Below, in pieces: positions 38,376 to 51,459 of a stretch of DNA of 64,000 nt. Numbering within the stretch: the stretch's first letter is position 1; each line of letters begins with the position of its first letter. Both the position numbers and the translations under genes were made by a program. The DNA is from Camelus ferus (taxonomy: Eukaryota), in assembly GCF_009834535.1 (NCBI RefSeq), contig NC_045696.1:79672001-79736000 (forward strand). The letters run 5' to 3'. The notes below the pieces were generated by a model. That model saw only the letters and a program-made list of their open reading frames with translations. It made no database searches and was not told where the DNA came from.

Positions 38376-41142
38376 TAAGGTTATCTTAAAGGTTATTTGA
38401 GAAACAAATTAACGCTGTCTTCAATATTCTCTTCTCCACTCACTATCTATTTTATAGGGTCCCTGAAATATAGAGCAAGATTGCCCTTTATATTCTAGAA
38501 ACTCTCCTGAATTACAGGTTCTCTTTTTTTCTTTTAAATTTACTGACTATAATTAATTATTAAAGACACAAGATGTCAGTTATTTAAACTTAGAAAAAAT
38601 ATCAATTGAAGCACACCTTCTGTGCCTGTCACATTTAGCTACTCGATAAATATTAGTTCTTTTTTATCTCTTTCCAATAAATGTGATAAAATAATCCATG
38701 TTTCAAAGGGAATTTGTTGTGGAAGCCTTTAAAAAATAATAGTGGACTTTGACTTAAACAATATAGTGGACTAAACAACCTGAAAGATCTTCTGATGCAA
38801 AATGTCTAGAAATGTTGGTCTTAAGATAACAAGCATCTTTTAAATTCATAACTGAGCAAACAAGAAAGTAATGGAATTCAAAGAGTTAAAAACAAAAAAA
38901 CTGGGGGTAGGGGAGATTATGAGGCTGAAAACCAGAGTGGCATGTTAGTCTATTTCAATAACCAAGGGGGTTTGGTTTAAAAGTCTCACAGAGACAGGAG
39001 ATACGACATGGGATCCACATAAGTTGGGTTATTGGAACTGATGCCCCATCATAGAGTTTAAATCTTCAAAGGCTATAAAAGAGTGAACTAGGAGAAAAAT
39101 CAACAAGGGTATCAAAAGAAAAAAAAAAAAACCCTTCTCTATCTTCATGAGATGAAAAAGATTGTTTCCTCTTGTATAGGTCTGATTTTGACTACTTACA
39201 TGATCCAGATAACTTCATAACATAAAGAAGTTTCATGTTGACAGAAATCAATTGCACCTGAAAAAATACATATTATTTCTGAAGAGATACACCTTGGAAC
39301 AAGTCTCAGAGGATTATCATAGATAATGTCTCACCAAATATGAACCTATTATTGAAATTACATAGAGGAAACAAACCAATTCACAGACTGAAAAACAGTT
39401 GAAAGAGGCCTCTAAGAATATAAAATAATGGAATTTTCAGGTTTAGAAGATACTGTAGGTACATTTAAAAAGAATGAAAACTGTTGTGGAAAGATTACAA
39501 AAGAGCACAATACCATTAAAAATAATATGTAGCATATTTGAAGAAAACTACAAAATAAAAATTTCAGTAATGAAAAATATTGTCATTAAACATAAAAACC
39601 CAAATAGCAGGTAAACAGAAGAACAAAAACAAGTGAATAGATAAATAATAGGCTGGAAGGCAGCTCTGTGGATGTTAACCAGAAGGTAGCAGAAAAAGTA
39701 AAGGGATGAAAAAAATAAACAAAGTAAGAGATCTAGAAAACAGAATAAGAAGGTCCAATATACATACATCTAACTGATATTAAAGAAGAAGAATAGAGGG
39801 AATGGATAAGAGGTAAAAATAGAAGAAATAAGGAGCTCCACTATTCCAGAAATAGTAAATGTTATAAATCATTTATTCAAAAAATACTTCACTAACGTAA
39901 GTAAAAATAAATACAGATTATTATTTATAAGCATCCAGATACCAAAGAGAAAGAGAAGATCCTATTAGCTGTTTTTAAAAGACAAAGCCTACAAAGAATG
40001 ATGTGTGGATCAAAAACAAATTCAAAAACAAAACAAAATAAAAAATAAGTGATTAATATCTTGAAAGTATTAAGGGAAAATATTATCAACCTAGAATTTT
40101 TTATCTGATGAAACTGCCTTGCAAACAATTATAAAATAAGGATTTTTCAGATCGAAAAAGAAAAAATTCTTGAGAAAATGTAGCAGCAATAGATGCTCAA
40201 AAATGGAACATCTAGACAATATACTTAAGAAAGAAATAAACTGAATCAAGGACTGAAACTACATTAAAAAATGAGAAAGAAATTGGTAAAGATGAATAAA
40301 CACACAAAAACTTGACTGAATCCACAATATTAACAATAATTAATTTAAGGGTTATGAACCAAGATGGAACTGAAAAATGGTTAACGGTCACATGGAAGAC
40401 AGGAAGAGAAATCAGAAATAAATTATTTTATGATCTTTATAAGGTTTTAGAGATAAACAGAGATGCTGATTAACCTTAGATTTTGTTAATTATCATATGC
40501 ATGCGTGTTAAAATTTTAAAGCCAGTTACTAAAAGACTATAAAAAAGGTATATAAATTTCAAAACCTGTACAAGGAGGAAAGTGAAATGAAAACAAAACA
40601 AACTAGAAATATCTAATTGCAGAGAGGAAAGAAGAATAACTTACAGAAAAAGGCTAAATGGAAAACCCAAAATATACGAGGATTGATCTTATGTGCAGAA
40701 ACTGCAAGAACAGATTTTTTTAAATTGCCTACAAGATGTGCATGTAAAACTTAATGGCAAATAGGTGGCAATTAAACTGTTGAAAATTATATACAAGGAA
40801 ATTACTAGTCAAAAGTAAGCTAGTGTAGCTTTATAAATGTTTACACAAAACAGATTCTGAGATCAAAATAGTTTTCATGAATATAGATACTTACTTCATA
40901 ATTTTAAAAGATGTATTTCACCAGGAATCTCTTACAATTCAAAATACATATGCATTTAATAGTATTTCTCAAAACTATTAAAACAAAATGATAGAATTTT
41001 ATAGAAAATATGTCCACAATAATGTGTAAAAGTTTGACTACAGTTTTTTGGGGGTTTTTTTGTTTGTTTGTTTTGTTTTTTTGGTAACTGAGAGCTCAAG
41101 AAAAAAAGAGACAAGAGAGATACGAAAAACTAAGAAGCTTGA

Positions 41143-41529
41143 TATATTAGTCTGCTCAAGTTGGCATAACATAATACCACAGACAGGGGTGGCTTAAACA
41201 ATAGAAATTTATTTCTCACAGTTCTGGAGACTGGGAAGTTTAAGATCAAGGTGCCAGCAGGAAGGTTTCATTCTGAGACCTCTTTTCTTGGCCTGTAGAT
41301 GGCCAGCATCTCACTATGTGCTCACATGACTGCATCTTTGTGCACACGTGGAGAGATAGAGCTCTCCTTCTCTTCATATAAGGCCACTAGTCCTATAGGA
41401 TTAGGGCCCTACCCTTATGGCATCACTTAATCTTAATTAGCCCTAAGAACTATATCTCCAAATACAGTCACATTGGGAGTTAGGGCTTCAAAATATAAAT
41501 TTTAGAGGGACAAAATTCAGTCTCTAGCA
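41143..41529 (-). mobile_element. MaLR solo LTR (MLT1A-like) inserted in the old L1
   Basis: 'ataccacagacaggggtggcttaaacaatagaaatttatttctcacagttctggagactgggaagtttaagatcaaggtgccagca'. Perfect TSD CTTGA at 41138-41142 and 41530-41534. Confidence 0.95.
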
Positions 41530-42566
41530 CTTGACATGTAGAACTTTTAATCCAGCAATTAGAGAATATACAAGAACACAGAAGACAGTTATAAAAATCA
41601 TCCAATGCATTAGGTCACTAAGCAATGCTCAATAAATTTAACAGATTTGTACTATTCATACCATATTCTCTAACCGAAGTGCAGTTAAGTTAGAAACCAG
41701 TAAGAAAAAGAAAACTAAAATAAAAGTTTCCATACATTTGAAATTAAATAACGTGTTTTTAAATTACTCACATATCAGAATATGAATTACAAAGGAAATT
41801 AGGAAATATTTGAGAAACAGATTTCTGTGTGTAATATGATATAGCTATCTCCTACAAAACCTTGATTTCTGCAAAATCACCCACTAAAAATAACAGAACC
41901 TGTCAGAAGATAGGTCTAGAAGTGAAAAACCTAAAATGTATGCACTTTGTAATTAGAAAGCCGATAAAAAGAATAACAATCCTAATAAAATAATAAATAG
42001 CATAGTTTAAAAGACATGTTTTGTTTTAAATAAAAGCTATAGTAAATATAAAACTTCATTTTTTAATGGGTAAGCATAAGAAGGGGATACATTGAGCATA
42101 AGAAGAATGCATTGAGGGAGATGAATTATAGCAAGGGGGCAACACATAAAGATGAGGAAAAAATCATACAATAAGCAATTTCAAGAGGAAGCACATGATT
42201 TAACTAAACCAAAAGGAAAAAACACTTGAAAATAGGTACCATTTACAGCACCATATTCACCCAGAGCTAGTAGCATTCAGCAACAGTAGTACACTTTCTA
42301 TTTTAGTATACTTTCTGTTTTACTGCTATTACTTTTGATAAGACTAAAACCATTAACATGTTGGCTTTTTTTCAAATGCATGAAAAAGGCACCATATGCA
42401 TTATGCTGTCATCATTCTCTTATTTAGCAATCACATATGAGCTAATTCTTATTACAGAAAATCTTACAGCAGAAGAGTCCTATCACATGCAAAAATTCAC
42501 TATTAGAGAGGAATTAATAGCTTTACATATTTTTCTTAGAAAACATGCTAAAATTTAGTTGGTATC

Positions 42567-43599
42567 TGTATAACGTGGGTCCAATCAGGAGAAAGGAACA
42601 TGAGGAAGTCTAATGCCATTTAATATCATGTGATAAAGAATTATTTCTTGTAATTGGAGAGTTATGATACAGATAGAAAGAGAAGCATAAAAGGAATCAA
42701 TCCTATGCATAAAAGGAGAGTGTCCAAGGAAGGACAAATTTCAAAGCGTGGTTCAAACCTTGTTGAAGAAGATGTGGTTGCAGCCAATTAGATAACAAAG
42801 AAGTCTGCCACAGTGCTGAGCCAGAGCTGGTCCACATAAGAAGGAACAACCTTTTGGAACACAGACAAATTGAGGCTGATGATGAGCAGGTGGCAGCTGG
42901 AGTTGGGACATAAGAAACGGAGTGCTGCTATCACATCAGGCTGGGTGGAAGAAATAAACCTCCAGGACACAAGCAAGGTGGGCTGACAGGCACTGGGAGA
43001 CTGGTATGTGGTGAAGCGGAGGTGGTTGGTGGGTGTGGAAGAAAGGGCACCGCTGCCACTGCCACTGGAACCAGGAGCTGGAGAAGCCTCCCTGTGCAGG
43101 AATTTAGTGCTCTTCTTGTGAGCAGCATGGGCCTGCGTAGTTCTGGGCCAGCTGCTAGGGATGAAGTTGGGCAGCAGTTCCATGAATGGCAGGCCCGCTG
43201 AGGCCTCTAGCATGGTGTCAGTAGGACTGAAGGGAGGGATCTTGCTTGAGGAGCAGGGATCTTGGCTGAGGCACCAGCCTCTGCTGTTAAGGGCTCCTAG
43301 CTATGCTTTTGCTACCCAAGATCTACAGAAAGCACAGAAGACGCAAATGCTGGAGAAAGCTGATCCTTATAGGCATCTAGCACTAGAGATTCTGTGCAGA
43401 CTAAACAGTGCAAAAAACAAAAAAACAAAAAACAAAAACACATTCTCCAGGAATCTGATGAGCAAGCCACTTAGGAAGCAGGAATGTCCCTTAAGATCTT
43501 TCCAGCAAGCAAAAGAGAAATATTTATAAGGCTAAGTGCCTTTAAAAACAAAAAAGCATCAATTTGAAACTCAGAGGCAGTAAATCAATGATCATCATA
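42567..43599 (-). mobile_element. ERVL LTR (LTR50/LTR52/LTR41-like group) inserted in the old L1
   Basis: Ends 'tgtataacgtgggtccaatcaggaga' and 'atttgaaactcagaggcagtaaatcaatgat'. L1 ORF2 resumes at 'gcttccaccttgtgaagctagaaaaag'. Confidence 0.7.
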
Positions 43600-45569
43600 G
43601 CTTCCACCTTGTGAAGCTAGAAAAAGATAAATAAATCCAAAGAATATAGAAGGAAGAAAATAATGAAGAAAGAAGACAAAACTTAAAGGAATAAAAGATA
43701 CAATAGAAGAATCAATAAACCAAAAAAACACTGGCTCTTGAAAAGACAAAAGAGCAAGTATCTGTCAGGATTGATCAAGAAAACACTTGTGAAGACTCAT
43801 ATAAAAAATGTTAGGATCGATAAGGAATATGTAGGTAGAATTATAGCAGAGGCATACAAATAAAATAACACTATAACTAAATTTAAGCCAATAAATTTGA
43901 AAACTCAGTCCAAACAATCTTCTAGGAAGATAAAACTCACTAAAAGTAACTTAAGAAGAAAGAGAAAAAAATCTAAAAACACCTATGATCATTAAATAAA
44001 TTAAATCACTGAATTAAAAATCTACTGTCAACCCACACAAACACAAAAACATAAAAAAAGAAAGAAAAGAAAAACAATCAAGTAATTTTGTAAGATTAAT
44101 ATAAGTTTGAATCAAAATCAGAAAAGAGCAGTATAGGAAAAAAACAATTATAGGCCAATTTCACTTTTAATACAGTGTGAGGCTAGAACAAAAAGGCTTG
44201 ATTTCAGTTTAAAGACTTCCAAGAATGACTAAAATCTAATACATGGTGACCTTCATTTCAGTTTCCTGTTGAACCAGTAAACAAGTGAAACACAAAATAT
44301 GTGAGATAAAGATGCAAGAGAGAAAGTGGATACAGCTTCCTAATTCTTGCCTAGTTTCTCAGAGACATGCTTCCTAAGTTTTGTTTTCAATGAAGAGAGG
44401 GCAGGATGAGAAACCCACCACATCAAAGAAGCCTAAGTTACCAATTTTCTTCCATTTATGCTTAGAAAAAGGAGAGGGGTCAGTATTATCATTCAAGGAT
44501 CTATCTACTAATATATAAAGCAATTAATTTTAGAATAAACTGACCATAATTTTGTGCCATTAATGCTTTGTGTTTTTATCACATTACTGGGTCCACAGTA
44601 GGCTTGATCATAGCCTATTACTAATATACAAAAAAAAAAAAAAAAACCTCTCCTAAAAATTTGTCTCTGCAAATTGAAATCTGCTATGTATTTAAAAAAT
44701 AAATAATGAACAAGTTGGTTATATCTTAGAAGTATAGGAATGATATATAATACTAAAATATAACACCTTAATAGATTAAAGGGCAAATAGCATAATTTTT
44801 GCACATGCAAAAAAAACACATTCTGTTAAATCAGCTCCAATTTATGATTTAAAATAAAAAACTTATCAAATCAGAAATAGAAGAGAATTTTCTTAACCCA
44901 AATAACATGAATTATACAGACACAATAGCCTTGGCTAGTCTAATACACAATTCCAGTTTCTTTAACAATGCTGGATATTACATGAGCTGGAAAGCTTAAT
45001 GCTCACTTTCTCAATCTGCCCTAAGAGTTCTGGCCCAGGTAGCTGAACTTGCAGTAGGCATTTTGAAAGCATGAGAAAAAGGTCTACATTGAGGCTTATT
45101 TCTGTATGAGAAAAGATAACTTCTTGTGTTTGAGATACTCGATTCTTGTCACATTTTCTGTCACCTTACAAATGAACACATCCATGGCAGATCCAGATTA
45201 TCTGACAGAAACCTGCAATGATTTCCATAATTAATGTTGAAATTCTAGAAACATTACCTTTAAAAATTAAGATCAAGACAAAGATGCCTCCATTACTGCT
45301 TCTATTTAGCAGCACGCTGACTATTCTTGTCAGTCCAGACTGACAAGAACAAGAGCTAAAATCTATGAGATTTGGGAGAGAAAAATGAAAACTGTAATTA
45401 TCACTGAAAAACACCGAAGGGGTATACAGGCAAATTATTACAATTAACAAGGAGAATTAAGCAAGAATACTGGATGGAAAGTTAGTATACAAAACTCAAT
45501 AAAATTTCCATACTCCAGCAATAATAAAATGTGATTCTTAAATGTAACAATAACTCTCAATAATATAGT

Positions 45570-46120
45570 CATAGAGGGGAACTTTCCAAACTTGATCAAA
45601 AATACCTACAAAAAGCATACAGCTAAAATTATATTTAATAGTGAAGAACTTGAAGTTTTCCCTTTAAGATTAGGAACAAGGCAAGGATACCTCCTCTCAT
45701 TATTATTTTTGAATATCATACTGGAAAACCTAGCTAGTGCAATAAGATAAGAAAGAAAAATAAAAGATGTATAGATTAAGAAGAAAGAAGTAAGCATGTA
45801 TTTGCAGATGACCATGACTGTCTATGTAGAAAATCCGAAAGAATCAACAACAACAACAAAAACTTCCTGGAATTAATGAATAATTATAGTAAGGCTGCAG
45901 GACACAAGATGAATATACGAAAGTCAATCACTTGCCTATATACCAGTAATGAACAATTGGAATTTAAAATTAAAAACACAATACCATGTACATTAGCATC
46001 CCCGAAAATGAAATATTTCAGGTATAAATCTAACAAAATGCATAAATAACATATATGAGGAAAATTACAAAGCTGTGAAGAAAAATATCACCAATTGAAG
46101 AGAAAAATATTCCAGTTCAA
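45570..46120 (+). mobile_element. Less-diverged L1 ORF2 (RT region) fragment
   Basis: 'gttttccctttaagattaggaacaaggcaaggatacctcctctc...atttgcagatgaccatgactgtctatgtagaaaatcc' encodes GTRQG and FADD-like RT motifs. Confidence 0.88.
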
Positions 46121-48454
46121 TGACTGAAGTTGCAAAGGTAGCAAAAGTTGCAAAGTGGAGTTCCAAAGATAAACTATTGATAAAAAGAAATTCAGAAATC
46201 TGTATAGGAATCCCTTTGAGTCTGTTGTTAAACACTAAACATACAACAAAACTCCTTGAGGTCAGGCAATAATGACCAGGGTGATGTAAACTGATTAATT
46301 CCCAAAGCTCACACAGCAGAGGGAGTCTCTCGACAGTCAGGGAGAGCAATTTATCCCTAGACTAAAGACTAGTCGATATCTACACTATCAAATTTTAAAA
46401 ACAAGCCTCAAAAGTATCAAACTGATCCATAATAATCAAACTGTCTTCCAGAAAAAGCACAACAGTTTTTAAAAGATAACAAAATCTAACCACACAGCGA
46501 CATAAAATCACAATGTTTAGTAGCCAATTAAAACAAACAAACAAACAAAAACTCCAGAAAGGCCAGAAAGTAAGAAATTGTGACTCATAAGCAAACAAAC
46601 AGTTTCATAAAGTCTCAGAAACTAAGATTAGAAAGTAGTTTCATCAACCTGATAATGAGCATCTATAAAATTCTATAACGAATATCCACTTTGGGTTGAA
46701 AAACTGAATGTTCCCCTCAAGCTCAGAAAAATGAAAAGGATATCAGTTCACATCATGAACATCAGTTTACAATGAATAAAAGGCATGTATTTTGGGTGGA
46801 AAGAGATACACTTTTCTTTAAATCTAGAGTTCTTGCAAACTGCTGGTGGAAGAGCAAATTGGTAAAAGAGAGTTTGGAGGTCAATTTGCTAATATTTTAT
46901 AGCTTTAAAAGCACATAGTTTCACTGTTATATCATATGACCTAGAAAAATGTTACACACAAGGAGATAAGTGCAAAACCATTCGTAGTAGCTTTGTATAC
47001 AAGACAAATACTTTAAAACAATCTAAGTCTATCAACATAAGAATGGCCAAATAATTGTGGTAAAGTCATACGATGGAATATTATACAGCAATGAAAATGA
47101 ATGGAGGAGAGTCACCTATGGGAAAAATATCAACAACATAATGTTGAATAAAAGAAATAAGTTGCCACGATATATACAGAATATGATACAAAAATATGCA
47201 AAGTGATCATGTATATTATTTAACATTACACACTTATTTGGCAAAATTATAAACATACAGAAGGTAAAACTATAAATTTAAGATTGTGGTCACTTCTAGG
47301 CTTGATCTCACACAATGAAATCATGAAGCCATACATAAAACAGCTTCATTAGTATCTGTTATGCTTTCTTTATTAAGCTGCATAGTAGATACAAGGGAGA
47401 ATGGTGTATTATTTTTGTATTTTTTGTAAGTGTGAGGTGTATCATAAATAAGTAAGCAAAATAAAATACCATGAAAGTATCTAACAGATAAGGAACAAAA
47501 TGTATTGAACATTATGTCCTACAGCAATTACGTTGCCCTTGTTAGAGCTTAGAAGATAGAAGAATCAATAAAAAGCCTTTTAGGAATAAATAGGGGAAAA
47601 TGTTATTCACTATTCTTGAATCTTTGCCTGTTCTTACTAACCTGCCAGAGGCTCCTCTCTGAAGAAGACAACCAAACAGCTTATCAAAGGGGTACGTTCT
47701 CTAGGTTTCTGTACCATATTGATTGAAAGCATCTCTCAAAATACTTTCCTCTATCCATAATAAAATTGAATTCATAGCCAAAAGTACCACCCGTTCCATG
47801 TAAGACCAACCTGGTTTACAGCAACATGCACATTGTGCAAATATGTTGACAAAAACATACTTGTGTTAGGCTATCTAGTATCCTCTCCCCAATGCTGTGG
47901 AATGGAAAGTGTTCAAACTGGAATGTAAAGTTATTCCTCCCATTAAAGGGACCACCATGAAGGAAGCATGCGTTCATTTCCTTAATTTCATCTTTGGGAA
48001 TTTTGAATTAAAGAATTTACCACAGCAATGAGATAATACGTCCAAAAGAAATGCAGGCCACAGCCAATAGAATTGTGTGTTTCTGCATAATGATTAAGAA
48101 CACATATTCTTTATGTTTAGAGAGAAAGTCAGTATAAAGAGAAATATGCAATTATGCTTTAGAAGGTAAATTTTAGCTACATTAAAGTGACGATCTAATG
48201 TGTAATTCCTATAATGAACTCTCACACATACACATATATCATACAGTTCTAACTGTAAAGCAATATATCTGATAGTAAAGCTACACATAAAAAAATTTTG
48301 TGTGCGTGTGCATATGTAAGAAGGTGCAAAAGAGAAGATGTATGAACTGTCTTCTTCGATCCAACCTACTGAATTGTGCATGACAAGATAATTTCAGAAT
48401 TTCTATTTCCTAAAATGGTGTAGATGATACATGATCTAAAAACAACCTAAACAA

Positions 48455-48740
48455 TTAACTCCTACTCATTCTTCAAATTGAAGCTCAGGTAAAACCTCCC
48501 TTGGAAAGCTTTCCCTGGCACCTCCTTCTTTCTAGCAGCTGAATGAGACACCTCTTTCAGCAGCTCCACGGTCCCCAGGCTCTCCTCCATTGAGCCAAGA
48601 GCCCTGGCGCTGTGTAACCATCCTCTATGTGTGTCAGTCTCCCCACTAGAGCCTGAGCACCTGGGATCTGGTCTGTTTCAGAGTCCTCAGCCTAGCCTCA
48701 TGTCTGGAACCTAGTGTTCACTCAACATGTGTGAATCTAA
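48455..48740 (+). mobile_element. L2 3' end
   Basis: 'aactcctactcattcttcaa...ggaaagctttccctg...gtctccccactagagcctgagc...tgtctggaacctag'. Confidence 0.82.
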
Positions 48741-51099
48741 CCTTTTTGTGATATATATTGTAGATCAACATTCCTGTGAATATAAGTCTTATTAAGATCT
48801 TCTTACATTTCAAGCAGGTATGAGATAACATGCCCATTTCCCAGTAACATGTTCCCATTTTATGTTTTTGTTTTTCTTTCTTCTGCTGCTCTAGCAGAGG
48901 CGCCCCCTATGACATAATCAGAGACAAACTGATTCCTCTGACGGAAACAGCGGTTACTTTTCTACTTTCCAGAACATTGTGTTTAAAATATACTTTACAT
49001 GAAGTTGTGAGAGATGCCAATGACATAAGCTTACCTTGATGCATATCTTAGCAACAGAGAAAGCACTTGATTTAACATGCATTAAAATTTTGTCTTGGAT
49101 AACATTGATATAATTTTCATAATACACCTGGATTCTTGTCACAGTACGTAGAGCTGTCTGCAAGAACTCTGCGTCTCAGAAAATAGAATAAGGGATACAT
49201 TGAATTATGTATTGTATGAAAAGAAGTGACAGATGGTATTATACAGCACGTGGAAACACTGGTATTTATACAATAAGCATTAAATACATTTCTCTAGATA
49301 AATGAGGTTATTTGCAGGTATGACGCACCTAACCCTCAAATAATGGTTTATTTTAGGTTTGAGTGCATCACACAGCCTATTTTAGAGGCTGCATCTGTCA
49401 GAATGAAACTGATGTGATGCAGAAAATTCAAAAGATATCAAAAAGAACTCCCAGTAAACCTAGAAATGAGGGAATACAAAGAGAACATGGGACTAAGGCA
49501 TAGATTTGCTCGGAGGTGGAAGGAAAATAAAATAAAAACTGAACTTCAAGGAGAATTGAGAAAAATGGATTTAAAGTCATGGATGTAAGTCACTTAAAAA
49601 GCATTTCTTGAATAAAGAAGTCCACCCAAGTACAACAAGTCGAAATGGCAGTTGAGAATTTTCAGTGATCCATAGAATCAATACGATTTACTTTAAATAC
49701 TAGAGACCAAAGTAAATCTTTTGAGGAGGCAAATGATTGATTCTACATAGAAAATGCAAAATCTATTCCTCTTTTTCCTTTGAATTTTGAAAACCTATTT
49801 TTAAAAAAAGCTAAGGGAAATGAATGAAATCTTTTCACTGTAACTTGTATTATCCAACCCATTTTTCACCCCTGCTTTCAATTTTTCTCTTCATGGATAG
49901 AATGAATTCTTATTTCATCAAAAATACTTTTCTTCAGCACCTAGTAGTGAAAAAGATCACCCCCAATTTAGACCAATAACCAACTTTTTCTTGAAACGAC
50001 CAAAAATTTGAGAATTCATGGTTTATTCACATTGACAGGAAAAATAATGTATTATAAAGAAATAAAATATATTATCATATCCTTTAAGATTTCTGCATTT
50101 TAGGAAAAGTTTTCATCAACATAAAGCTCATTTTGGAGCCAGTCTAGTGTGTCCCCTGGTCCTTTGTGCGTTCATAAACTTAACCCCATTCCCAAGCTGA
50201 AGTACAGAGGGGGGCATCCTCTGCCAATCATCAATCACTTAATGGTACAGTAAAATGTACTCTCTCCTTTTAAAATAAAAATAAAATACGAAACTGAAAG
50301 TAAAATACTTATTTTGAATTTGTGAAAAAATTGACACAGATTTACAAGTACCATTGTTTCCTTTTAATTATTAATTTAAGCATTATAAAATGTTATCAAA
50401 TGTTATCATTGATGACAAATATCTTTAGAACAAAAATAATTATATAAAAATCAACTAATGTGTTGCCTAAGATCAAAAAGCTTTTATGTTTTCTCTTGGG
50501 TTATCCTACTTAAATATATGATGCTAAATGCTACTCCTGGATACCAGGGACAAGTCTAAAATGGAAAGATACGAGGAGTAATGAACATGCAATAAAATGT
50601 GTGTATACTGAATTTTAGAAAAAAAGATTATTAATGAACTGATCAAGCTTCCTCATTTTAACATGTTTGTAAGCTAGCTCACAACTTCTCACATAAATAA
50701 TTGAAAATTCTAGTTAAATGCTCAGTTATTTTCCACTTCTAATTTGTACTATTTGCTTCTCTGACTAAAAATGAAGCATTAACTCCTTTGAGCAAAAATC
50801 TATCTCACAAGAACCTTATTTTTTCCTGTTTAAAACCATTACCTGTTCTGTTTTAAAGGAAGAAAAAAAAGCAAGTTATGTAAAAATAGTGCATGGTCCA
50901 ATTTATGTGTTGGAAACCTACTAGAATCATTGATATGGGACCAAGGATACATATACCAAATTGATGACCATAATGCAGCTGATGATTAAGTAGGAAGGGC
51001 AGAATAATTCTGGAAAACTTCTTTATAATAAACTAAGGCAGACATCAATGGGCAGGAAAATTACAAACCATAAAACATCCATCTTAGATTTTTAAAGAC

Positions 51100-51247
51100 T
51101 ATACGCACATCAGATATTGCCCTAAAATATGATTGATCTAGAGTGTTTAGCACTTTAAGAAATTGGATATTTCATATAAAAGTTCATATTTCTAATTGTT
51201 CTTGAAAAATCAGGACAGTGATTGTACTGCACCTACATCCTCTTTGG
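51100..51247. mobile_element. MER102-like hAT fragment
   Basis: 'atttcatataaaagttcatatttctaattgttcttgaaaaatcagga' resembles MER102. Confidence 0.5.
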
Positions 51248-51436
51248 CAGTGGTTCTCAAGGTGTTGTCTGGACCAGCAATGTCGGCATCATGTGGGAAC
51301 TTGATAGAAATGGAGATTCTCTGACCCCACTCCAGGGATCTACTGAATCAGAAATGCTGGGAGTGGGGCAGAGCAATCTGTATTTTAGTAAGGCCTCTAT
51401 ATAATTTGGATGTGCGCTAAAGTTTGAGAAGCACTG
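51248..51436 (+). mobile_element. MER5A (hAT-Charlie MITE), full length
   Basis: TIRs CAGTGGTTCTCAA and TTGAGAAGCACTG. Degenerate 8-bp TSD ctctttgg/atctatgg. Confidence 0.93.
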
Positions 51437-51459
51437 ATCTATGGCAATAAAAGGCAGTT

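Larger units (their letters stand above)
38740..47300 (+). mobile_element. Ancient near-full-length L1 fossil (L1ME-class) with nested insertions
   Basis: Colinear A-rich remnants: 5' end (~38740), ORF1-like (39400-40300), endonuclease region (40700-41800), ORF2 (43600-44900, 45200-46100) and 3' end (46830-47300; 'gtcatacgatggaatattatacagcaatgaaaatgaatg'). May combine more than one element. Confidence 0.75.

Noticed and set aside
42788..43529. Overlapping 141-aa (-) and 122-aa (+) ORFs
   Set aside because: They lie inside a GC-rich LTR where stop codons are rare. The peptides are low-complexity and show no homology I recognise.
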